Shown: positions 37,134 through 46,507, counted from the stretch's first letter. The stretch: DNA of 64,000 bases from an uncultured Gammaproteobacteria bacterium (GCA_964651815.1 CAZYWG010000006.1:23259-87258); one strand, 5' to 3'. Notes: generated by a model not told the origin, from the sequence alone. Made by a program: numbers and translations.

Positions 37134-38486
37134 TTAATTTCCGGTACGTCCTCCTCCGCCGCCTCGAGTGCCGCCGCCGCCTGCTCCACCACCAACAAAT
37201 CTTACATTTCCCCCTCCCCCGAATCCTCCAAAGAGACTTCTCGAGAATGGGGAAGCGGCACCAGAGGTGCTTGTTGTTTGGTTTGGTGTGTATCCAACCA
37301 AAACCGTGTCGCCAGAAGATAAACCGGAATCGATCTCAGTATTTGTGCCGTCAGTGTCGCCAATTGTGACGTCTACGGCTTGAATTTGTCCATTTTTCAT
37401 AGTGTAAACAGTTGACTGTGCTCCTCGTGTCGTTACGGATCCTGCCGGAACAAGCAAGACATTATCTTTGATATCCGTAATGATATTTGCAGACGCACTC
37501 ATGTTTGGGAGTATCGAGTCATCTCCAGTGTCAAGCGCAATTGTTGCTGGGTAGCTAGTTACTCCAGATGAAACAGTTCCTGTTGTGTCAATTCCAAGGA
37601 CTTTTCCTGTAAATGTTTTATTTGGTAGCGCGTCAAATGTGACAGTCGCGCGGTCTCCTGCTTTTACTTTCACGGCATCAATTTCTGACAAAGAAACAGA
37701 AATAATAGGTGTTCCGCTGTGCTTTATTGACGCCACTACTTGAGAAGAAATGCTGTTACTTGTCGCAGACTGGCTATTGGTGATAACAAGCCCGGGCGCA
37801 ATCGTGATATCAGATATTGTGCCCGCTACGGGTGCCGTAATGGATGATGAAATTTCATTATAAGCAAGAGACGCTGAATTAAGAGCTGCTTGGGATTGAG
37901 AAATAACTCCCTGTTGGTTAATATAGTTTGCTTGTGCTTGAAGCCAATTTGCATTCTCTTCTATATATACTGGATCGGCTTTGTCCTGGTCTGTGGGGTT
38001 TTTAATCCCACGGTCGGTAACAAATGCTTGGTTTGTTTTAAATAGTGTTGCTTGGAGAGAGTTTAGTTGAGCAAGTGCCGAATTTAAATTATTTTGAGAG
38101 GCCAAAAGCTGAGAATATGCCTGGGCTTGCCGTGCTAAACCGTCTGTGTCAAGCGTCAGATCTGCAATCTTCTCGCCAGCAGTAACAGTATCTCCATTTT
38201 TAACGTAAACTTGATTAACGGTTCCGCTTGTTTGCGTACTTATTGAAACACGGTTTGCAACTGCAACGCTTCCCGATTCGGCAACTGATACAACCAGAGT
38301 TCCTTTTTCCGCTTGCGTTGTTTGATACTGTGCTTTATTTGATGATTTAACAAATAATTTTCCGAATGCAAACCAGGCAATTCCAACAATTATTAAAACG
38401 ACGAAGATTTTTTTAACATTGGATTGTTTCAGAAACCAAGAGGGAAAAGCCGCAATTTTTGAAAAAATATTTTTCAATAAATTCAT
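37134..38486 (-). CDS. Efflux membrane-fusion (MacA/HlyD-like) adaptor
   Basis: TM, GTVNQVYVKNGDTV, helical hairpin, ITAPVAGTI, SEID...KAGD, VLLVP. Confidence 0.92.
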   Translation of the reverse strand: MNLLKNIFSKIAAFPSWFLKQSNVKKIFVVLIIVGIAWFAFGKLFVKSSNKAQYQTTQAEKGTLVVSVAESGSVAVANRVSISTQTSGTVNQVYVKNGDTVTAGEKIADLTLDTDGLARQAQAYSQLLASQNNLNSALAQLNSLQATLFKTNQAFVTDRGIKNPTDQDKADPVYIEENANWLQAQANYINQQGVISQSQAALNSASLAYNEISSSITAPVAGTISDITIAPGLVITNSQSATSNSISSQVVASIKHSGTPIISVSLSEIDAVKVKAGDRATVTFDALPNKTFTGKVLGIDTTGTVSSGVTSYPATIALDTGDDSILPNMSASANIITDIKDNVLLVPAGSVTTRGAQSTVYTMKNGQIQAVDVTIGDTDGTNTEIDSGLSSGDTVLVGYTPNQTTSTSGAASPFSRSLFGGFGGGGNVRFVGGGAGGGGTRGGGGGRTGN

Positions 38487-38513
38487 AATATATCCAATTG
38501 TAACAAACCCTTC

Positions 38514-38530
38514 CTGAAAACTAGCTTAAG
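38514..38530 (-). promoter_or_regulatory. OmpR-type direct-repeat box upstream of efflux operon
   Basis: Minus strand CTTAAG-N5-TTTCAG, 11 nt upstream of -10 TACAAT. Confidence 0.55.
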
Positions 38531-38534
38531 AATT

Positions 38535-39542
38535 CTAGGACGGTAGAATAACAGAGAATGTTGTTTCTTTTCCGGGCTTACTTTCAACACGAATTCTACC
38601 ATTGTGGGAATCTATGATTTTTTTAGCAATTGAAAGCCCAAGTCCGTGACCTGGGGTCTCACTTTTAGTACGTGATTTTTCTCCCCGAAAAAATCTGTCC
38701 CAAATATATGGGAGGTCCTCTTTTTCTATTCCAACACCGTGATCAGTAACTAAAACAGTGACTGCGTTTTTTTGTTTTTGAGAAGAAATTTTAACAACGC
38801 TTTTTTTAGAACTATATTTAACTGCATTATCAAGCAATATCACAAAAACTTCAGTTAGTCGGTCAGGAACGCCTTTAATAATGGAATCAGAAATATTGGT
38901 TTGGATTATTATCATCTTCCTTTTAGCCTGTGGCTCAATTTTCCTAATGGCATTATTTAGTATTTGAGAAATAGAAACGTTTGTATGTTTATCAATGCCG
39001 CCTCCGCGGCCATTTTGCGCAAGCTCTAGAAGGTGATCTGATAAAACCTGGAGACTTATTGTTTCTTCTAAATTGCTTTCAAGTAGCCGCTTTGCGTCAA
39101 CAAGTGACAAGCTTTTATTTCTGAGAGCAACTTCTATCTCAGAACGTAGAGATGTCAGGGGGGTCCTAAGTTCGTGTGAGGAGTCCGTTATAAATCTATT
39201 TTGTTCATCAACCATTTTTTTAATTGGTTTAAGCGTTATTCCGGCAAGAAAATATGCGGCCCCTCCTGCAAAAATAATAATTCCACCATTAATAATTAAA
39301 AGTAATATTGCAAGTCTTTGTCTTGATTCTTGTAAGTCTTCAAGAGATCTTGGCCTGAAAAAAGCCTCAGGTGGAGCTGGGTAATTTTGGTCAAGGTGTT
39401 GTGTCCTTAATTCTTGTATTCTAATTACTCTTTGAACTTCTCGTGATGCAGCATTATAAATTGCAATACTAAACATAACACTGATAAACATTATGATGAC
39501 TAGATACCAAGCTGTGAGTCGTAGGCGTGCGGATTCAAACAT
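38535..39542 (-). CDS. Sensor histidine kinase
   Basis: Two TM, SHELRTPL, LLDNAVKY, DHGVGI, GHGLGLSI. Confidence 0.96.
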   Translation of the reverse strand: MFESARLRLTAWYLVIIMFISVMFSIAIYNAASREVQRVIRIQELRTQHLDQNYPAPPEAFFRPRSLEDLQESRQRLAILLLIINGGIIIFAGGAAYFLAGITLKPIKKMVDEQNRFITDSSHELRTPLTSLRSEIEVALRNKSLSLVDAKRLLESNLEETISLQVLSDHLLELAQNGRGGGIDKHTNVSISQILNNAIRKIEPQAKRKMIIIQTNISDSIIKGVPDRLTEVFVILLDNAVKYSSKKSVVKISSQKQKNAVTVLVTDHGVGIEKEDLPYIWDRFFRGEKSRTKSETPGHGLGLSIAKKIIDSHNGRIRVESKPGKETTFSVILPS

Positions 39543-39543
39543 A

Positions 39544-40218
39544 TTATTCTTCTATTTTATAACCAAAACCGCGCACCGTGTGAATTAATTTTGGGGCTTT
39601 TTTAAAAGAACGGTCTATTTTATTACGTAGGTATCCAATGTAAACCTCAATTGTATTGGGTAGAATATCAGATTCATAGCTCCAGACGTGGCTCGTAATC
39701 CGTTCTTTACTTAGAATATGTCCCGGATGCCTCATTAAAAATTCCAGAAGTGCAAATTCACGACTCGATAAATTAATCGCTTTCTCTCCGCGTTTAACTA
39801 TAAACGTTTTTGTATTTAGTGTTAAATTACCTACTCTTAGTTCTTCATTTAGTGTTTGTTTTGGGCGGCGGGTTAGTGCGCGAATGCGTGCCAAAAGCTC
39901 TTCAAAAGCAAAAGGTTTAACAAGATAATCGTCAGCACCAGAATCAAGTCCTTCTACTCTGTCTGATATTTGCCCTTTTGCAGTGAGCATAATTATCGGC
40001 GTATGAATTTTTTGTCCGCGGAGTTTTCTTGAAAGTAAAGCGCCTTCCATTCCGGGAAGCAAACGGTCAAGAACAATCACGTCATATTCTTCCCCTACTG
40101 CCAAGTCATAACCGTCAGTACCGTCGTAGGCTACGTCAACTGCATAATTTTCCTGTTCAAGACCTTGCTTTAAAGAATTTGCGATTTTATGCTCATCTTC
40201 AACGACTAGTATTCGCAT
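39544..40218 (-). CDS. OmpR-family response regulator
   Basis: VVEDE, VLDRLLP, GADDYLVKPF, YLRNKID, TVRGFGY. Confidence 0.97.
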   Translation of the reverse strand: MRILVVEDEHKIANSLKQGLEQENYAVDVAYDGTDGYDLAVGEEYDVIVLDRLLPGMEGALLSRKLRGQKIHTPIIMLTAKGQISDRVEGLDSGADDYLVKPFAFEELLARIRALTRRPKQTLNEELRVGNLTLNTKTFIVKRGEKAINLSSREFALLEFLMRHPGHILSKERITSHVWSYESDILPNTIEVYIGYLRNKIDRSFKKAPKLIHTVRGFGYKIEE

Positions 40219-40241
40219 GTGCGTATTATACCAATTGCATG

Positions 40242-40258
40242 CTTAAAAAGAGCTGAGG
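40242..40258 (-). promoter_or_regulatory. OmpR-type direct-repeat box (autoregulation)
   Basis: Minus strand CCTCAG-N5-TTTAAG, 11 nt upstream of -10 TATAAT (40230-25). Confidence 0.55.
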
Positions 40259-40275
40259 GAGGTATTTGGATTCTT

Positions 40276-40836
40276 TTACTTTTTGTGGGAAATCGGAACA
40301 AAAATTAGAGTTGAAACAAGCGTTGCGGCCATTATAGCCGCCCACGCAATAAAAACATTAAATAATAATTGGTCTTCTCGCTTTTCAACCTCGCGAAGAT
40401 TTCTACCCGCTAACACAAAACCTGAAGGTTTACCTCCAGGGCCAAAGTAAGATGTCACCACGGTAGCAAACCGAAAACCTTCCATGGGTTCCCAAGTAAA
40501 TCTGTCTTCAAGATGTTTTTTTGCAAAGCCAAAAACTCCAGTAGGTGGTTTGAGCATTTTTCCAAAGAATAATCCAGAAGACGTCACAGGATTGCCGTTA
40601 TTATCAAAAATCATAATAAAGGTCGCGAGGCTCTGTGAAAGTTCAGTTTGTGTTTGTCTTACGAGAACCTTAGGGTCATCTCCCTGTTGTAATAATTGCC
40701 CAGTATCCTGCGCGATCTGAATTTGTGGATCGTTTGCCGACATTCTTAAATTTTGTTGACCGGCTAAATAAACTAATCCGCAGAGCCCTGTTATTGCAAT
40801 AGCCATGGGGATGAAGTATCGGATTTTTTCGACCAC
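40276..40836 (-). CDS. TM-sensor-like domain-TM membrane protein
   Basis: Two TM around FIMIFDNNGNPV...GFVLAGRNL (Cache/PDC-like pattern); GTG start 6 nt after TATAAT. Confidence 0.7.
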   Translation of the reverse strand: MVEKIRYFIPMAIAITGLCGLVYLAGQQNLRMSANDPQIQIAQDTGQLLQQGDDPKVLVRQTQTELSQSLATFIMIFDNNGNPVTSSGLFFGKMLKPPTGVFGFAKKHLEDRFTWEPMEGFRFATVVTSYFGPGGKPSGFVLAGRNLREVEKREDQLLFNVFIAWAAIMAATLVSTLIFVPISHKK

Positions 40837-40858
40837 GCGATAATTATAACAAAAGTGC

Positions 40859-41002
40859 CTACCTGACAATACCAAGAGCAAGGAGACCCGAGATAATTAG
40901 GTATGCGGCGATAAGATAGTTAAGAAATTTTGGAAACACCAAAATTAATATCCCAAATAATATTGATACCCATGGATTAAAACTAGTTAGGCTAAGACTC
41001 AT
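40859..41002 (-). CDS. DUF3096-like small membrane protein (47 aa, not in ORF track)
   Basis: MSLSLTSFNPWVSILFGILILVFPKFLNYLIAAYLIISGLLALGIVR; SD AGGAGGTGA. Confidence 0.8.
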   Translation of the reverse strand: MSLSLTSFNPWVSILFGILILVFPKFLNYLIAAYLIISGLLALGIVR

Positions 41003-41026
41003 AAAATCACCTCCTATTTCTCATTT

Positions 41027-41476
41027 CTACTGGCTGTCTACGGTTCCTTCCACCTCCTCTGGCGTTACTGGTTTTACAATTTGAATTAACTGTACAATTC
41101 CTGATGCAATTAGCGCGTAAACTATAGCAGCAATAATAGTTGACCATTCAAAGACTGATCCCTGAGATTCTACGCTCGTACGAATAATCCCCTGAAAAGG
41201 AAGAGCCAAAGGGTCAGATATGGTATAAATTAAAGAAGCGAAGCCACTTATTGGATTTGCTCCTAAAGCCCTCAATGTCACTCGGAATGCCAGGAGTACC
41301 TCAATGACCCCTAATGCATACCAAATAATTTGGTAAGTTCTAAAAATGGTTTTTTTCTTCTCATATACTTTTTGAGGGTGTTCTGTTTTGACCATGGGAT
41401 CAACCCTTTTAGTTGTCCGGACTACGCGAGTAGGTTGTGCAACTTCATGTGTTTCTGTCTCTATGTATTCTTCCAT
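41027..41476 (-). CDS. YggT-family membrane protein
   Basis: LLAFRVTLRALGANP..GFASLIYTISDPLALPFQGI. Confidence 0.8.
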   Translation of the reverse strand: MEEYIETETHEVAQPTRVVRTTKRVDPMVKTEHPQKVYEKKKTIFRTYQIIWYALGVIEVLLAFRVTLRALGANPISGFASLIYTISDPLALPFQGIIRTSVESQGSVFEWSTIIAAIVYALIASGIVQLIQIVKPVTPEEVEGTVDSQ

Positions 41477-41623
41477 AAAATATCCTTCAATCCTGATCTT
41501 AGTAAAGCAATTGGAGGAACATGTTAAAGGAATGTAAGAAAATGTTAAGCATTTGGGAGCCTAAGAAGGAAAAACTTCTGCAATTACTGTGAATCGTCCA
41601 CAAATTATTTGTATAATTAAAAA

Positions 41624-42364
41624 ATGAATCTTTCAGGAAAGACAATTCTGCTCACGGGTTCAAAAAGAATAGGTAGCGTGGTCGCAAAAAAAATAGCAGA
41701 AAAAGGTGCAAATTTAGCCATTGCATATAATTCATCTAAAGAAGAAGCAGATAAAACACGCCAAGAGATTATAAGTCTCGGAGGAAAAGCCGAGATATTT
41801 CAAGCGGAACTTGCAAAAGAGGAGGATGTTAAAAACTTAGTTGAGCAAGCAATTCAAAAATTCAGTTCAATCGACGGTTTGGTTCATATGGCGTCACCCT
41901 ACCCCAAAACACCTCTTGGGAATATTTCTATTGAAGACGTGCAAAAAATTATGAATACAATTGCCGGTTCGGCAATTCTCTTGGGGCAAGAGGCTGGGCT
42001 TCATATGCTCAAAAAGTCTGATGGGGAAACCAGGAAAATAATATTTTTTTCAGACTGGTCAGTACTCACCCGCCCGTCAAAAGATTATATTGTGTATAAC
42101 GCTGCAAAAGCAGCAATCAATTCAATAACAAAGAATTTGGCAATTGAGTTTGCGCCAAAAGTTACAGTCAACGCGATTGCGCCAGGACCCATTCTCAAAC
42201 CGCCGGATTTGACTGATGAAGAAGACAAAGAAGTTTTGGCAAGGACACCATTAAGGCGCTGGGGAGGTGAAGAAGAAATAGTAAAAGCAGTTTTGTATTT
42301 ACTTGATGCGGATTTTACAACTGGAGTAGTACTCCCAGTAGACGGCGGCCGCACAATTGGATAA
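41624..42364 (+). CDS. Short-chain dehydrogenase, pteridine reductase/FolM-like
   Basis: TGSKRIG, YNAAK, VNAIAPG, TPLRRWG, PVDGG. Confidence 0.85.
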   Translation: MNLSGKTILLTGSKRIGSVVAKKIAEKGANLAIAYNSSKEEADKTRQEIISLGGKAEIFQAELAKEEDVKNLVEQAIQKFSSIDGLVHMASPYPKTPLGNISIEDVQKIMNTIAGSAILLGQEAGLHMLKKSDGETRKIIFFSDWSVLTRPSKDYIVYNAAKAAINSITKNLAIEFAPKVTVNAIAPGPILKPPDLTDEEDKEVLARTPLRRWGGEEEIVKAVLYLLDADFTTGVVLPVDGGRTIG

Positions 42365-42414
42365 ATAAAGAAATTTTTTCTTGACTTTTTTTTCTTCGGG
42401 TGTATTATTAACTA

Positions 42415-42852
42415 ATGATGAAGTGGCTAGGTATTGCAGTTGTTATAGTCGTTATACTTGTTGGTGGGTATTTCTTATTTGCAAAAAGTTCAACCGCCCC
42501 AATTACTCCTTCCACCCAAACACAGGCTCAACCAACCGCTGCACCTTCAGAGGCAATGACAGGTCCTACTACTGCGATGACAAATGAAAACTCAGTCACT
42601 TTAACAGCTGACGGATTTACTCCAGCAACGTTAACAATTAAGGTAGGGACAAAAGTTACATGGAAAAATACAAGTGGGGCTCCCGCAACTGTTAATTCAG
42701 ATCCTCACCCAACTCACACAGACTACCCTCCTCTTAATTTAAGTAAATTTGCGGACGGTGAGACACTTTCTCTCACTTTTGATAAAGCGGGTACTTACGG
42801 ATATCACAACCACTTCAATCCAAGCCAAACAGGTAAAATTATAGTACAATAA
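42415..42852 (+). CDS. Membrane-anchored cupredoxin-fold protein (Cys-less)
   Basis: FTPATLTIKVGTKVTWKN, TFDKAGTYGYHNH...GKIIV. Confidence 0.8.
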   Translation: MMKWLGIAVVIVVILVGGYFLFAKSSTAPITPSTQTQAQPTAAPSEAMTGPTTAMTNENSVTLTADGFTPATLTIKVGTKVTWKNTSGAPATVNSDPHPTHTDYPPLNLSKFADGETLSLTFDKAGTYGYHNHFNPSQTGKIIVQ

Positions 42853-42857
42853 ATTTA

Positions 42858-43214
42858 ATGAGCAATAGCAGGCTCACACTAATTCTTCTCAGGATCAGCA
42901 TTTCAAGCGTTTTTCTATACGCGGCAGTTGCTGCAACTCTTGAACCATACAATTGGATAGGTTATATTCCTCCAGTTTTGAGAACTATTTTTCCGTCTCA
43001 ACTTCTTCTTTTGGGGTTTTCTGCCTATCAATTAATTCTTGCCTTGTGGATTCTGTCGGGTTGGAAAAATTTCTTTTCAGCCTCTCTTGCTGCGTTAACT
43101 CTCCTTGCAATAATTGCAGGAAACATTACACAGCTTGATATTTTATTCCGAGATTTTGCAATATTCTTTGCAGCAGGCGCTTTAGCAGTTTCTTCGTATC
43201 CAGCAAAAAAATAA
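42858..43214 (+). CDS. DoxX-like membrane protein
   Basis: LLRISISSVFLYAA...ILFRD; four TM. Confidence 0.65.
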   Translation: MSNSRLTLILLRISISSVFLYAAVAATLEPYNWIGYIPPVLRTIFPSQLLLLGFSAYQLILALWILSGWKNFFSASLAALTLLAIIAGNITQLDILFRDFAIFFAAGALAVSSYPAKK

Positions 43215-43254
43215 TATCCTCGCCAAGCGGCTTCAAAAGAAGTAAAATACCAAC

Positions 43255-44226
43255 ATGAAATATAAATACGTTATTTTGGGCGGGACGTTTGACTTTTTAC
43301 ATAATGGCCACATTTCTCTTTTAAAAAAAGCTTTTTCTATTTCAGAAAAGGTGGCAATAGGAGTCAATTCGGACAAGTTTTGTCTTGATCACGGGAAGAG
43401 ACCTTACCAAAACCATAAAGAAAGACTCGCCGCAATAACTTCCTATTTAGAAGGAGAAGATTTATTAGAAAGGACAATATTTCATACTCATGAAGAAATA
43501 GGATGTCCTGCATATATTGATTCTAAACTCCAGGCAATAATAGCGAGTATCTTAACTCAGGAAGGCGCAAAAGAAGTAAACTTTAAAAGAGAGCAAAACC
43601 ATCTAAGTAAGCTTGATATAGTTTTTGTCCCAATTCTTTTATCTTCTGATTCTGGAGTTATCTCCTCAACCCGCATAAGAAATGGAGAAATTGATAGGAG
43701 AGGAAACGCGTATTTAAAACTTTTTGAAAAAGATTTAGTCTTGCCGGAATCACTTCGTCAAGAACTCAGAAAACCCTTTGGCGAGTTAATAAAAGGTTCA
43801 AAATTTAAATTACCGTCGGAAAGTTTTATCATTTCGATTGGCGACGCTGTGACAGTCAAGCTTCTTGATAATAATATTAATGTTAACATCGCCATTTTTG
43901 ATTTTAAGACAAAAAGACAACCTATCTTAAAAGAGATAGAGCAAAAATTGCCTTTACAAGATGTTACTGTTGAAAATAAGGCAGGGATAATTGAAAAAGA
44001 GGCAGTAGATGCGCTCCATGTTTCGATTAAAAAAACCCTCGGTAATAAAAGTTCAATTGCAATTAGAGTTGAAGGGGAAGAAGATCTTTTAACGTTTCCG
44101 GGAATCCTGCTCGCTCCTCTTGGTGCAAAAGTTTTTTATGGGATGCCTGATAAAGGCGCCGTATGTGTGAAGGTGACAGAACAAAAAAAGCAAGAAGCCC
44201 AAAAAATACTCTTAAAATTTAACTAG
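43255..44226 (+). CDS. Archaeal-type phosphopantetheine adenylyltransferase fused to DUF359 (GTP-dependent dephospho-CoA kinase-like)
   Basis: GGTFDFLHNGH, ISSTRIRNGEID; LRKPFG, IGDAVT, DFKTKR, VEGEEDLL, YGMPDKG. Confidence 0.85.
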   Translation: MKYKYVILGGTFDFLHNGHISLLKKAFSISEKVAIGVNSDKFCLDHGKRPYQNHKERLAAITSYLEGEDLLERTIFHTHEEIGCPAYIDSKLQAIIASILTQEGAKEVNFKREQNHLSKLDIVFVPILLSSDSGVISSTRIRNGEIDRRGNAYLKLFEKDLVLPESLRQELRKPFGELIKGSKFKLPSESFIISIGDAVTVKLLDNNINVNIAIFDFKTKRQPILKEIEQKLPLQDVTVENKAGIIEKEAVDALHVSIKKTLGNKSSIAIRVEGEEDLLTFPGILLAPLGAKVFYGMPDKGAVCVKVTEQKKQEAQKILLKFN

Positions 44227-45049
44227 AATATTTCAATATCATATTTCCGAGTGATTCCGGAGTTTCAAGGTTTGGCATGTGTCCTGCCGCAGGAATAAAA
44301 TCTAGAGTTGCAGTAGGAATCAGCGCATGAAGTTTCTTAGCCTGGGATGGTGGGATTATTACGTCCGACCCGCCGTGGATCATGTGAATTGGTACTTTTA
44401 TTTTTTTAATCTTGTCATAGTTGTAATTTATTAAGTCATTCCAATAAGATTCAATTAATTCTTCGTTTTCAAAAGACCTGTCAGACGTTTTGATAATAAA
44501 TCTCAGCTTTTTCGAAAAAGTTTTAAACTTCACTGCATAAAGCCCAAAAGGAATTGTAAATATCCGTGCGCGCCACAAGAAAAAAAGACGTTTAATTATT
44601 CTTGGGGAAAGCGCACTGATATCCGCCAAATGTTTAAAAAATATTTCAGGCAGAGTCCCCTTGATGTAAGGTGTACTTAGGAGAAAAAGTTCTTTTACCT
44701 GCTCGGGAAAAAGGCTCGCAAAATCAATTGCAATTGCAGAACCCATACAATACCCAAAAATACTTAATTTCCCGAGTTTTTTTTGATTTAAAAATTCTTT
44801 AACGAATCGCGAATAGCTTTTAATAGTTAAATCGCCCGGTAATTCTTCTGATTTACCCCAGCCAGGCAAATCAAGCATGTAAATGTAATATTTTTTCTCG
44901 AGTATCTCAGCAACGTGTATAAGATCACTATGTGTCCCTGTAAAACCGTGCAGTATTAACAGAGGCGGGTTTTTGTTATCTCCAAAGGTCCAGTAATATT
45001 CTTCAAGCCCTTTATAAAGGAATTTATGTTTTTGCGCGCGGGGCTCCAT
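44219..45049 (-). CDS. Alpha/beta hydrolase with Cys at the nucleophile elbow
   Basis: LHGF, DLPGWGKS, GYCMG, GGSDVII, AGHMP. Confidence 0.9.
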   Translation of the reverse strand: MEPRAQKHKFLYKGLEEYYWTFGDNKNPPLLILHGFTGTHSDLIHVAEILEKKYYIYMLDLPGWGKSEELPGDLTIKSYSRFVKEFLNQKKLGKLSIFGYCMGSAIAIDFASLFPEQVKELFLLSTPYIKGTLPEIFFKHLADISALSPRIIKRLFFLWRARIFTIPFGLYAVKFKTFSKKLRFIIKTSDRSFENEELIESYWNDLINYNYDKIKKIKVPIHMIHGGSDVIIPPSQAKKLHALIPTATLDFIPAAGHMPNLETPESLGNMILKYSS

Positions 45050-45077
45050 ATAAAGAGTATAGCAAAGACTCGTTGGT

Positions 45078-45500
45078 TTACTTAAGCTTTAGTAGTTTTA
45101 GTCCTATCTTCTCATCGAGCGCTCTTTCTATTTTTGTTTCTGAAGATATTATATAAATTTCACAAGTTGCGCCAACTACCGCTTGTTTCAAATGCCCCCC
45201 AAAACAATTAAAATCTTCATCAGAAAGGACCGTGTGGATGTGAAAGAAGGGTTTACCGTCAACTGTCGCAATATTTCCTGTCAGACTCACTACTTCGCAG
45301 GTTCTATCGATCTTTTTAAAACTGTATTCTCTAGTGTCTAGGTGATAGTAACCAATTTCAGAAGATAAGAATCCGCCGATCCCTTGAATTACTCCGGAAA
45401 TGATTTTATTATCCTCACAAAATTTGGTTATGACAGGGATTATGTCTTCCCCTTTCTCAAGCCTTACTAAGTAGTATTTTTCCGTTTTAACAAATTGCAT
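45078..45500 (-). CDS. PPC/DUF296 domain protein
   Basis: RLEKGED, GIG, EVVSLTGNI, HIH, GGHL. Confidence 0.9.
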   Translation of the reverse strand: MQFVKTEKYYLVRLEKGEDIIPVITKFCEDNKIISGVIQGIGGFLSSEIGYYHLDTREYSFKKIDRTCEVVSLTGNIATVDGKPFFHIHTVLSDEDFNCFGGHLKQAVVGATCEIYIISSETKIERALDEKIGLKLLKLK

Positions 45501-45501
45501 T

Positions 45502-45888
45502 TTAAGTTTTTTGCTCGAGGTAGTCTTTAAGTGGACCAAGATAATAGTCTTTCCAACCTTCCTCTAAATCTTTTGCTTCTCCGTCCGGGACATTCTCATG
45601 TAAAAAATCAATTGTAGTTATGCCACCCTTTTCAGTTAACGAAAAAGTTGCAATTGAGGCTTCATCCCATTTCCCGCCAAACCACTCCTGGACAAGGTTT
45701 TTATTTGGAGTAACTTTTATATTTTTACCATAAACGTCTCCTCCCCAAAGACTAAATTTTGTTCCAACCACGTAATCCATTTTAGCAGGGCCCCCGCCCC
45801 ATTTATCTATTTCTTTAGGGTCAACCAGCGCTTTCCAAACGGCTTCTTTGGGGGCTTTTATGTGGTATATTTGTTTAATAGTTTTCAT
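45502..45888 (-). CDS. SRPBCC/AHSA1-domain protein
   Basis: APKEAVWKALVDP, LVQEW, GWKDYY. Confidence 0.88.
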   Translation of the reverse strand: MKTIKQIYHIKAPKEAVWKALVDPKEIDKWGGGPAKMDYVVGTKFSLWGGDVYGKNIKVTPNKNLVQEWFGGKWDEASIATFSLTEKGGITTIDFLHENVPDGEAKDLEEGWKDYYLGPLKDYLEQKT

Positions 45889-45916
45889 CAATAATCGTTA
45901 TTTTATCACAAAGATT

Positions 45917-46366
45917 TTATCGATTAATAAAATAAAGGAAAATAACGCAAACAAGAGGACCAAGAGTGAGAGAGGTAATATCAACTAAAGGTTTAATAAG
46001 GTTGCGGTTCCCAGCTTTTACACGGCCCGCACGATTATCTGCATAAGAAGTAAGCGCAAGAAGTCCGAGTGGCGCTAAAAGCGTTCCTAAAAGAGAATGT
46101 AAAGCGACAATTATAGCTGTTGCGAAAATTGAAAGTCCTGCAAGCCAACGATCCCTGTTAAAAACATCCTTTGTGTGGAAAGAATTTTCAACTTTCCGGG
46201 CATCTTCTATAATTTCATTTCCTGCTGCCGTAATAAAAATAGTTAGTGTTCCAAATAGAAGCGAGACGTGAAAATTGGCTTTGCAAAAATAAAACAAAGA
46301 ACCCGAAACAAAAACATGGAAAATTGACCTCAAAGATAGGTTGAGATAATTATGACTGGTTTTCAT
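45917..46366 (-). CDS. Hypothetical membrane protein
   Basis: About four TM segments; likely start ATG 46366. Confidence 0.6.
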   Translation of the reverse strand: MKTSHNYLNLSLRSIFHVFVSGSLFYFCKANFHVSLLFGTLTIFITAAGNEIIEDARKVENSFHTKDVFNRDRWLAGLSIFATAIIVALHSLLGTLLAPLGLLALTSYADNRAGRVKAGNRNLIKPLVDITSLTLGPLVCVIFLYFINR

Positions 46367-46458
46367 TGGGAGAGAACTTATTATAAAAGGTTGCACATAA
46401 AATCGCAAATATTCAATTGGAATTCATTTTGGAATTATAGAAAAGTCTAGAATTTTCT

Positions 46459-46503
46459 TGTGTCCGCTGCGGCTTGTCTTAAGCCAAGCCTGAGCAGACC
46501 ACA
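46459..46503 (-). terminator. Long 3' hairpin after PUR-like gene
   Basis: Minus strand GTCTGCT..GGCTTG-N8-CAAGCC..AGCGGAC; no clear U-tract. Confidence 0.5.
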
Positions 46504-46507
46504 AAAC

